From positions 1-50,544 of the forward strand of contig JACRKZ010000010.1 in the NCBI GenBank assembly GCA_016235455.1: a stretch of 50,544 nt of DNA, read 5' to 3'. Every line of letters starts with the position of its first letter. The stretch's first letter is position 1. The position numbers and the translations under genes are program-made. Source of the DNA: Armatimonadota bacterium (GTDB taxonomy: Bacteria > Armatimonadota > UBA10988). Below are positions 1 to 7,932 of the stretch, in pieces. The notes below the pieces were generated by a model. It did not search any database. It was not told where the DNA came from and saw nothing but the letters and a program-made list of their open reading frames with translations.

Positions 1-15
1 CCAGATCCATGGCGG

Positions 16-1857
16 TCAGCGCGTACGTCCGCCGACACGTGCTCGGCCCGGCTGCGCGGCGCCGCCATCCTCGTCGTCCTCTTCCTCTTCCAGCGCCTGC
101 TTGCGGAACTGCATGTTGTAGAGCTTGGCATAGAGGCCGCCACGCTCGAGCAGTTCTTCGTGGCTGCCCACGTCGACCACGATGCCGTGCTCCAGCACGA
201 CAATCTTGTCGGCCTTCATGATGGTCGAGAGACGGTGGGCGATAACGAAGCTGGTACGGTCGACCATCAGCTGGTCCAGTGCCGACTGGATGAGCGCCTC
301 GGATGTGCTGTCCAGCGCCGAGGTGGCCTCGTCGAGGATGAGGATGCGCGGGTCGCGCAGAATGGCGCGGGCAATGGCGATACGCTGACGCTGACCGCCG
401 GAGAGCTTCAGACCGCGCTCGCCGATCTCCGTGTCGTAGTCTTCCGGCAGCTCCATGATGAAGTCGTGCGCGTTGGCCGCCATGGCCGCGCGCACCACTT
501 CCTCGTTGGTGGCGTAGCCGTTGCCGTAACGCAGGTTGGAGCGGATCGTGCCGGTGAAGAGATGGGTCTCCTGCAGCACCACGCCGATCTGCCGGCGCAG
601 GTAGTTGAGCTTGATCTCGCGCAGGTCGTTGCCGTCGAGCACCAACGCGCCCGAGGTCGGGTCGTAGAACCGCGCGATGAGGTTGGCCAAGGTGGTCTTG
701 CCCGAGCCCGACGGGCCCACGAAGGCACACATCTCGCCGGGCTGGACCTCCAGATTGATGTTCTGCAGCACCAACTCGTGGGGGTCGTAGCCGAAACTGA
801 CGTTACGGAACTCCACCAGCCCTTCGACCTTGGCCGGCACGATGGGGCTGGGCACATCCTCGATGTCGGGCTTGGTGTCGAGCACCTCGAAGATGCGCTC
901 CACCGCCACCAGGGCGCGGGTGATCATGTCGTTGGAGTCGATCAGCCGTTGGGCCGGGCCGTAGAGCATGTCCAGGAACATCTTGAACGCCATGAACTTG
1001 CCCACGCTCATGCCATGGTAGCCCCGGATGATGAACAGGCCGCCGACCAGGTAGAACACCGCGGTGCCCACCTGCTGGAGGATCATGCCGCTGGTGCCCA
1101 GCCAGATGGAGTAGCGCCGCGAGACCAGCGTCAGCTCCATGTTGTCGCGCAGATGGTGCACGAAGCGGCGCGATTCCGAGCGCTCGCGGGTGAACGACTT
1201 GACCACCTTGGCCGCGGAGATCTTCTCCTGCAGGTCGCCCGAGATAACGCTGATCTTCTCGCGCACGCGCCGCGCCGAACGGCGGATCTTGTTGCGCAGC
1301 AGCAGGAAGTTCACCAGGTAGCAGGGCAGCACCACGACGGCGATGAAGGCCAGCGGCCAGCTCATGGAGAACATGAGGTAGACCAGGAAGACCACCTGCA
1401 CCGTGTCGGTGAGGAGCTGCACGAGCACGTCGCCAGCCAGGCCGCCGATGGCGTCCACGTCGTACATGACGCGGGCCATGATGCGGCCGCTCTGGCGCGA
1501 CTCGTAGTAGGACATAGACAGCTTCTGCAGGTGGCGATGCAGATGCCGCCGGATGTCGAAGATGACACGCTGGGCGACGTAGCTGATGCGCCATGACCGC
1601 CAGAAGCTGAGCACCGCCATGCCGGCGGTGTTGATCAGCAGCAGGATGACGCCCTTCCACAACAGATGCATGTTGGGCTGGATGGCACCGCCGGCCTTGC
1701 CCACGCCGCGGGCGCCGACACCGTAGTCGATGCAATAGCCCATCAGCTGCGGGCGCCAGAGACTGAAGCCGTTGACCAGGAAGATCAGTACGAACACCTC
1801 CGCCATTTGCCAGCGGTAGGGTCGTAGGAACATCATGAAGCGGCGAAGTAGGTGCAT
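16..1857 (-). CDS. ABC exporter, fused permease + ATPase (MsbA/Sav1866-like half transporter)
   Basis: N-terminal TM domain; Walker A GPSGSGKT, signature LSGGQRQR, Walker B ILILDEATS, H-loop IAHRLST. Confidence 0.95.
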   Translation of the reverse strand: MHLLRRFMMFLRPYRWQMAEVFVLIFLVNGFSLWRPQLMGYCIDYGVGARGVGKAGGAIQPNMHLLWKGVILLLINTAGMAVLSFWRSWRISYVAQRVIFDIRRHLHRHLQKLSMSYYESRQSGRIMARVMYDVDAIGGLAGDVLVQLLTDTVQVVFLVYLMFSMSWPLAFIAVVVLPCYLVNFLLLRNKIRRSARRVREKISVISGDLQEKISAAKVVKSFTRERSESRRFVHHLRDNMELTLVSRRYSIWLGTSGMILQQVGTAVFYLVGGLFIIRGYHGMSVGKFMAFKMFLDMLYGPAQRLIDSNDMITRALVAVERIFEVLDTKPDIEDVPSPIVPAKVEGLVEFRNVSFGYDPHELVLQNINLEVQPGEMCAFVGPSGSGKTTLANLIARFYDPTSGALVLDGNDLREIKLNYLRRQIGVVLQETHLFTGTIRSNLRYGNGYATNEEVVRAAMAANAHDFIMELPEDYDTEIGERGLKLSGGQRQRIAIARAILRDPRILILDEATSALDSTSEALIQSALDQLMVDRTSFVIAHRLSTIMKADKIVVLEHGIVVDVGSHEELLERGGLYAKLYNMQFRKQALEEEEDDEDGGAAQPGRARVGGRTR

Positions 1858-1867
1858 GGCGTCTAGG

Positions 1868-3340
1868 CTATTCCTGCTTGTCGCGCTCGGTCTTGCCTTT
1901 GTCCTCGGACGGTGTGGTCTTGGGCTCCGGTTCGCGCCGGTGGTCGTCGGCTTTGGTGTCCACCGGTGGCGCGACCAGCTTGGGGTCGGCTGGCTTGACG
2001 GGTTTCTTGGTCGGTGTTGTTGTCGCCGGCGGGGTGGCGGGCGCCGCCTGCGGCTTCGGGGGCTTCTTCTCGTACGGATAGAAGCTGTTGCAGATCCACT
2101 CCCTGTCTCGGATGATCTCGCCGTTGGCGCCCTTCACCGTACGCCACAGGGTTCCTCCCTGGCCGGCGCCGCCGTTCCAGGAGTCCGAGATCATCTCCAC
2201 GTTCACCTTGTCGCTCTGGTCGCCCATGATGGTAATGACCAGATCCCAGTCTTCCATCTCGCCCCAGATCATGATCGGGTGGCTGAGCGCGTTGACGAAC
2301 TTGAGGTCGGCCGACTCCCAGTAGACCGCGGCGTCGCGTGCAATCCTGGCGTAGCCGATGACCTTCGAGTGGTTCTGGCGCTCGGTGATCTTCATGTTGG
2401 CCAGCACCGCCGCGTCGAACAGCGTGGTGGCCAGCTGGCAAATGCCGCCGCCCGCCTCCCACTCCTCGTCGATGGTACCATCGGCGCGCCGCTTGAAGAC
2501 CACACTGTTCTTGAAGCCCTCGGACACCTTGCGCTCGCCAACCATGCGGTTGAAGCTGAACTCTTCACCCGGGCCCAGCACGATGCCGCGGAAGCGGGGC
2601 AGACACAACTCGACGTTGAACCGCCGGTTCTCGCGCATGGGCGAGCCGTAGTGGTTGTACATGTTGGTCGAGAAGCGCGACAGGACCACGTTGAGGTCGC
2701 GACGCAAGTCCTCCTCGCGGACCGTCGGCGCCACCTCGTCGAGCACCAGCTCGACGGTCTCGGGCGCGGGCAGCACGCCACCATTCTCCGCGGCGGCCAG
2801 CGTGCGCGGCATGTTCAACCGCGCGCCAGCGGCGGCAGGCTCGATGGTCATGGCCGCGCCCTTGAGGCTGGCCACACGGGCGTTCTTGGGCGGCTGCACC
2901 ACCTTGGGGGCGAGCCGACGCAGCTGTTCGGCCAGCTTGCCGCGATCCAGCACTACCGGAAGCGCCACTTGCTGCGGCTTGTGGGCCAGACTCAGCCGCC
3001 GCAGCGCTCGCCCGGCTGGGCCGCCGGCCCGCGACAGATCGTGCGCCTGCGACAGCGCTGCCTGGTAGTCGAGACGCCGATCGATGGCCTCGTTGGCCAC
3101 CGCGAAACGCGCTTGGCCGGCCACAAAGGTCAGGCTGGTCGGCAGCTGGCTGTCCAGCTTGGCCCGCAACTGCGCCTCCGCCGTCTGCGCGGTCAGGCCA
3201 CCGACGTTGATCCCCTGGATGTAGACACCCTCGGCCATGCGCCCGTCGTCACGCAGCAGCGCCCAGCCGCCGACGGCCAGGGCCGCCAGGCTGAGCGTCA
3301 GGAACACTGGATATCGAATCATGCCCGCACGGGTCCACAT
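1868..3340 (-). CDS. VanW-family membrane-anchored protein with putative peptidoglycan-binding region and Pro/Thr/Lys-rich tail
   Basis: N-terminal TM; GVYIQGINVGGLT; VanW motifs GEEFSFNRMVG, GGGICQLATTLF, ERQNHS, DLKFVN; start uncertain (3322/3340/3376). Confidence 0.85.
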   Translation of the reverse strand: MWTRAGMIRYPVFLTLSLAALAVGGWALLRDDGRMAEGVYIQGINVGGLTAQTAEAQLRAKLDSQLPTSLTFVAGQARFAVANEAIDRRLDYQAALSQAHDLSRAGGPAGRALRRLSLAHKPQQVALPVVLDRGKLAEQLRRLAPKVVQPPKNARVASLKGAAMTIEPAAAGARLNMPRTLAAAENGGVLPAPETVELVLDEVAPTVREEDLRRDLNVVLSRFSTNMYNHYGSPMRENRRFNVELCLPRFRGIVLGPGEEFSFNRMVGERKVSEGFKNSVVFKRRADGTIDEEWEAGGGICQLATTLFDAAVLANMKITERQNHSKVIGYARIARDAAVYWESADLKFVNALSHPIMIWGEMEDWDLVITIMGDQSDKVNVEMISDSWNGGAGQGGTLWRTVKGANGEIIRDREWICNSFYPYEKKPPKPQAAPATPPATTTPTKKPVKPADPKLVAPPVDTKADDHRREPEPKTTPSEDKGKTERDKQE

Positions 3341-3573
3341 GGTCTTGCCACCGCCGACTCTATCGAGACTGGTCAATCCGGCCGACCGGGCTCCCTATCG
3401 GGGCACGGTAGCACCGCGATTCCGCTCGGTCAAGGCGTTCGACCGCACGGTGCGGCCAGCCGTTTCACACTCTGTGACGGTTCTACCACCCTCCGCGTGA
3501 ACCGACACTGACCGCCTCCTTGCCAGTTTGTTATCAGATCGCGCCGAGCGCCATGGGACGGGGCCAATTCGGC

Positions 3574-3603
3574 TTGACGCCGCCCCTTCCCGCTGGCTAA
3601 GCT
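3574..3603 (+). promoter_or_regulatory. sigma70-like promoter for the alpha/beta hydrolase
   Basis: TTGACG-18 nt-TAAGCT, ending 9 nt before ATG 3613. Confidence 0.5.
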
Positions 3604-3612
3604 GGCCGCACT

Positions 3613-4485
3613 ATGGGTGATCACATCGATCTAGTGGGGCAATTGCACATTCGCGTCGCCACGCCAACAGGCAGCGCGCCGGCCGTGCTCGGCTACCGGC
3701 GCATCGGCGACCCCGACTCGCCGGAGAAGGTGCTGCTGGTGCACGGCATCGGCCTGCAGCGCGACACCTGGTCGGGGCAGCTCGACATGGCCCGAGTGGC
3801 CGATACCGTCGCCATCGACATGCTCGGTTTTGGCGAGAGCAGTGCCCCGCAGGGCGCGGATGTCACCGTGCCGGGCCAGGCCTGGGCCATGTTGGCCGCG
3901 CTCGACGCGCTGCGCTGGAAACGCGCCACGCTGTGCGGCTACTCCATGGGCGGCGCGGTCTGCCTGGGTGCGGCGCTGGCCCAACCCAAGCGCATCGCCC
4001 GGCTGGCCCTGGTGGCCGGCGCGGCGCTGCCGCAACCCATCCCCTTCAGCTTCCGCCTGCTCGACCTGCCGTTCGCCGCCGAAGCCATGTGGGCCGCCTC
4101 CAACCTGGCCATGTGGACCGGGCTGGGCCGGCTGCTGGCGCCCTATTGGTCGCTCAACGAGGACACCGGCTTGCGCATGGTGACCGCGCAGTGCGGCCTG
4201 CGCCATGACCGCAGTTTCGTACGCGCCGCGCGCGACCTGCGGCCCGAGCGCTACCACGCCTGGGCGGTGCGGTTCCCGCGGCTGACCATGCCGGCGCTGC
4301 TGCTGCACGGCACGGCGGACAACATGGTGCCGGTGGAGGTGTCCCGCCGCATGGCCCAACTGCTGCCTCACGCCACCCTGGTGGAGTTTGCCGGCCAAGG
4401 CCACCTGATGCACGAACTGCCGGACAACCGGGTCGGCCAGCGCATCGCCGAGTTCATCCAAACCACCCGGCCGGGCGCAAGCTGA
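3613..4485 (+). CDS. alpha/beta fold hydrolase
   Basis: LLVHG, DMLGFGES, nucleophile GYSMGG, HGTAD and GH catalytic-triad motifs. Confidence 0.9.
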   Translation: MGDHIDLVGQLHIRVATPTGSAPAVLGYRRIGDPDSPEKVLLVHGIGLQRDTWSGQLDMARVADTVAIDMLGFGESSAPQGADVTVPGQAWAMLAALDALRWKRATLCGYSMGGAVCLGAALAQPKRIARLALVAGAALPQPIPFSFRLLDLPFAAEAMWAASNLAMWTGLGRLLAPYWSLNEDTGLRMVTAQCGLRHDRSFVRAARDLRPERYHAWAVRFPRLTMPALLLHGTADNMVPVEVSRRMAQLLPHATLVEFAGQGHLMHELPDNRVGQRIAEFIQTTRPGAS

Positions 4486-4499
4486 GGTACAATAGCGTC

Positions 4500-5930
4500 A
4501 TGAGTGTTACAGGCGCCCTGGGCGCCATCTGGTTGGCCACGCTGTTGCTGGGATCGCCTCTGGTGATCGATGGTGTCGACGTGACCACCTGGACCCCACA
4601 GCAGCTCTGGGCTCAGTCGGACAAGTACTTCCACGACGGCGAATACGTCAAGTCGGTGAACATCCTGCGGCGCGTGGTCGAGGTCGACCCCGGCGACGTG
4701 GAAGCGTACGCCGTTGCCGCCTGGTTGATCTGGAGCCTGGGCGACGAACCTTCGGCCCGCCAGTGGCTCAAGTCGGCCGTCGCCGCCAACCCGGCCAGCT
4801 CGAAGGCCTATTCCGAGCTGGGCATGCACCTTTACGACCGGGTCGGCGATGCGTTTCTGGCCCTGCCCTACCTGCGCCGCGCCGAGGGCCTGCCCGAGCG
4901 CCACCTCACCGTCGCGCGCCTCTATGCCCATTGCCTGCTGGCCGTCGAGGAGCCCTGGCTGGCGGCGGCGGCGTGGACGCGCATGGGCCAGGCCAACGAG
5001 GCGCCGCCGGGCGTGGTGACCAACAACCGCCGGCAGGCATGGGCTTCGGCCCTGCGCAGCGACCTGCAGGTGCGCAGCGGCGGGGTCATGGAAGGCCCGG
5101 TCAACGACAGCGAGGCCGCCCGGCTGTGGGCGCGCACGACCTCACATCCCGACCGTGAAGGCCGGCCTGGCCGGACCGTGGTGTGGCTGGCGGAGCCCGA
5201 CGGTCCGCGGCCGGTAGGCCGTGTCACCATGGCGCCGCGCCGCGTGGTGAACAAGGTTACCTGGCACTGGCGGACCATGACGGCCGACCAGAACAACAAC
5301 GGGCGGTTCGACGACGATCCTGTGCTGGTCGATAGCGACGATGATGGGATCGCCGAGTCCATCCCGCCACTGGCACAGTTGCGCGCGCAACGGGCCGAGT
5401 CGATTTCGCCGGTGATGCGGCGGCTGGTGGCGCCGGACCGCTACGAACTGGAAGTGGACGGCCGCGGCTGGTACCGCCCGACGGTGCCGACCGTCGAGGA
5501 CGGTGCGGTGGTGCTGGTACCTGCGTTGGTCATCGCCTGTGACCAGGGCCGGCTGGCGTTGCGCGCCGTGGTGCGCGACACCGCCAAGCTGGAGAGCCGG
5601 GAGCTGGCCGACCAGCCGCTTCCGTTGGGAGTTTACGCCGGCAATGAGGCAACTGGGCCCGGCGCGCGGGTCATCCTGCGCGCGGCCGACCTGCCCGCCG
5701 GTCGATACGTTGTGGCCCTCGAGCTCCTGCGCGAGGGTGTTGTGGTTGACCGCAAGGTCTGCCCGGTCTGGGTCGTCGAGAGCGACGGGCACGCTGTGCG
5801 CGTCGGCCGACCCCAGCCGGACGATGAGGGTGTCTGGGAGCGCTTTGCGGCACCTCCCGCGCCAGATGGCGGGCCAACTGGTCCGCCGTCCGGCCCGCCG
5901 CCTGGTGCCCGGCGTCCCGGAGCAGTCTGA
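4500..5930 (+). CDS. exported TPR-containing hypothetical protein
   Basis: hydrophobic N-terminus, TPR-like helices (EVDPGDVEAY, AANPASSKAY), acidic DQNNNGRFDD/DSDDDG loops, Pro-rich tail. Confidence 0.65.
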   Translation: MSVTGALGAIWLATLLLGSPLVIDGVDVTTWTPQQLWAQSDKYFHDGEYVKSVNILRRVVEVDPGDVEAYAVAAWLIWSLGDEPSARQWLKSAVAANPASSKAYSELGMHLYDRVGDAFLALPYLRRAEGLPERHLTVARLYAHCLLAVEEPWLAAAAWTRMGQANEAPPGVVTNNRRQAWASALRSDLQVRSGGVMEGPVNDSEAARLWARTTSHPDREGRPGRTVVWLAEPDGPRPVGRVTMAPRRVVNKVTWHWRTMTADQNNNGRFDDDPVLVDSDDDGIAESIPPLAQLRAQRAESISPVMRRLVAPDRYELEVDGRGWYRPTVPTVEDGAVVLVPALVIACDQGRLALRAVVRDTAKLESRELADQPLPLGVYAGNEATGPGARVILRAADLPAGRYVVALELLREGVVVDRKVCPVWVVESDGHAVRVGRPQPDDEGVWERFAAPPAPDGGPTGPPSGPPPGARRPGAV

Positions 5931-5938
5931 AAGGTATA

Positions 5939-7486
5939 ATGATGGCGGAAACGACGACCCGCCGCCGCCGCTCGACGAGCGGCAATGCGGCGACGGGCAT
6001 CTATGAGCTGACCGGTGGCTGGGCCACCTCCACCCCTTACAACCTGTTGTCTTCCGATGTCGAGCTGGCCGTGGAGCATCTGCCCGACGGCCTGGCCGTG
6101 ACGGCGCCCGTGGGCTGGCGGGTGCACGTTCCCACCCATTCGGGAGTGCGCTACGTTCACGTACCCGAGGGCTGGAGCAGCATCGAGCCGCTGGCCACCC
6201 AGTGCGTCATCGTCGAGAACGGCGAGACCTTCGTCAACCTGACCTACCGCGAGCCCGACTACGTGCCGGGCCACCTGGAGATCAGCAGCGAACGCAGCCG
6301 CGTGCATCTGCGCTGGCAGTTCGGCGGGTCGCAGGTGCCCTGCTTCCATTGCCTCAGCTTCTCCTCATGGGACGACCTGATCAACGAGCATCGCGCCTGG
6401 CTGACCTCGGTCGCCAAGGTCAAGCCGCTGGAGAAGGTGGCGCCGCCCTGGCTGGTGGACTGCCCGCTGCTCATCTACGTCGACATCGAGACCGTGGCCA
6501 ACGACGGCCTGCTGCACAGCTTCGACGACGTCACTGCACTGGCCGAGAAGCTGGGCGAGATTGGCGCGCCCAAGGACTCGCTGGTCTACCTGACCACCTG
6601 GAGCGATGGCGGCCAACGGCGCTACCCGACCTACGAGCCGAGCCAGAAAGCCGGCGGGCTGGACCCGCTACGGCGTGCGGCCGATGCCCTGCATGAGCGC
6701 GGCTTCCGGCTCATGCTGCACTCCAATGTCTGGGGCTGCTCGCCCATCCATCCCGACTACACGCGGATGATCGCCTATCGCGTGCATAACCGCGCGGGCC
6801 ATCCGCTGTCGTGGCGCGAGTTCCACGCCAACAACTACGTCTCCGAGCATGTCTATGTGCGGCCCGACTGCCGCGCTTTCCGCGAGACGTTCTGGGGCTC
6901 GTTGGGCCCGCTCGCCGAGCAGTTGTCGCTCGACGGTCTGTACCTCGACCAGGCCGGACTGCTGGTGGACGACCCGCTGGCCGACATCCTGGCCAGCACG
7001 CGCTCGCTGATCAGCGCCATCCGCGCCGACCAACCCAATCTGGCGCTGGGCGGCCAGGTGCTCACCTCGCGTCTGTGCGACGAGATCAGCCTGTGGCAGC
7101 TATGGGGCACGCCCTGGTCGGGCCATGGCTGGGGTCAGCCGTTCCGTCGCCGCAGCCGCATCTGCGCCGACCTGTTCCGCGGCCTGACGCGCTTCTGTGC
7201 CCACATGTACGTGCCGGCCGCCGTGCCGGGCCGCTACTTGTGGCAGCATGAGGGCTTCAGCGACGACCTGGGTACGGTCGGCTGCTTCCTGGCCGCTCAG
7301 GAGGACAACAGCTACCACGACGCCATGCGCTGCCTGCGCCTCAACTTCCGCGACTTCGGCATCGACCCGCTGAGCGCGGAGGTCATCGAGCAGGCCCGAC
7401 GCTGGGCCGAGCGCACGCCGCGCACGGTCGCGGCGACGCCCAAGCCGGTGGCCGAGCCCGCCGAGGCGACCGGCGCGGACGAGTAG
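5939..7486 (+). CDS. hypothetical protein, putative glycoside-hydrolase-like TIM barrel (DUF6259-like)
   Basis: long GC3-biased ORF; YPTY..GG..L, GFRLMLHSN and DGLYLDQ resemble GH TIM-barrel motifs; start uncertain. Confidence 0.5.
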   Translation: MMAETTTRRRRSTSGNAATGIYELTGGWATSTPYNLLSSDVELAVEHLPDGLAVTAPVGWRVHVPTHSGVRYVHVPEGWSSIEPLATQCVIVENGETFVNLTYREPDYVPGHLEISSERSRVHLRWQFGGSQVPCFHCLSFSSWDDLINEHRAWLTSVAKVKPLEKVAPPWLVDCPLLIYVDIETVANDGLLHSFDDVTALAEKLGEIGAPKDSLVYLTTWSDGGQRRYPTYEPSQKAGGLDPLRRAADALHERGFRLMLHSNVWGCSPIHPDYTRMIAYRVHNRAGHPLSWREFHANNYVSEHVYVRPDCRAFRETFWGSLGPLAEQLSLDGLYLDQAGLLVDDPLADILASTRSLISAIRADQPNLALGGQVLTSRLCDEISLWQLWGTPWSGHGWGQPFRRRSRICADLFRGLTRFCAHMYVPAAVPGRYLWQHEGFSDDLGTVGCFLAAQEDNSYHDAMRCLRLNFRDFGIDPLSAEVIEQARRWAERTPRTVAATPKPVAEPAEATGADE

Positions 7487-7506
7487 CGAACGTATCTGCA
7501 GTGAGA

Positions 7507-7530
7507 CACCAGCCGGGGCGGCTGTGCCAC
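7507..7530 (-). repeat. single REP-like palindrome (GTGGCACAGCCGCCCCGGCTGGTG)
   Basis: GTGG tetranucleotide followed by hairpin CAGCCG-CCC-CGGCTG, intergenic. Confidence 0.45.
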
Positions 7531-7575
7531 CAAGGTGGCGCGGTAGTTCCGGCTTTCCCATCACCGAGGACCGCA

Positions 7576-7932
7576 ATGGAAGTTCAGATCTTCGGGCTGA
7601 AGAACGACAACGAGACGCGCAAGGCCGATCGCTTCTTCGCCGAGCGCCGCATCAAGATCCATATGGTCGACCTGAAGGTGCGCCCGATCGCCGTCGGTGA
7701 GCTGACCCGCTTCGTGCAGAAGCTCGGCACCGCCGCGCTGATCAACACGCGCAGCAAGCGCTTCGTCGAACAGGGCATGGCGCACCTGCGGCTGACCGAG
7801 GCGCAGTGGGCCGACAAGCTGATAGCCGACCCCAGTCTGCTCCTGCTGCCGCTGGTGCGCTATGGGCAGAAGGTCACGGCCGGCAATGCCGAATCGACCT
7901 GGAAGCAATGGATTGAGGAGAGTCGCGCATGA
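7576..7932 (+). CDS. ArsC/Spx/YffB-family thioredoxin-fold protein
   Basis: GAGGA SD then MEVQIFG..TRKADRFF..LINT..P.LL..PLVR pattern; no Cys residue. Confidence 0.8.
   Translation: MEVQIFGLKNDNETRKADRFFAERRIKIHMVDLKVRPIAVGELTRFVQKLGTAALINTRSKRFVEQGMAHLRLTEAQWADKLIADPSLLLLPLVRYGQKVTAGNAESTWKQWIEESRA

Noticed and set aside
1868-3340. VanW as evidence of a vancomycin-resistance cluster
   Set aside because: No vanHAX or vanRS nearby; VanW domains are widespread cell-wall proteins
160-3511. Long opposite-strand or alternate-frame ORFs (e.g. 160-1596, 1835-3511; also 21921-23507, 31571-33073, 37483-39387)
   Set aside because: Shadow ORFs of well-supported genes, expected in high-GC DNA; no recognisable motifs
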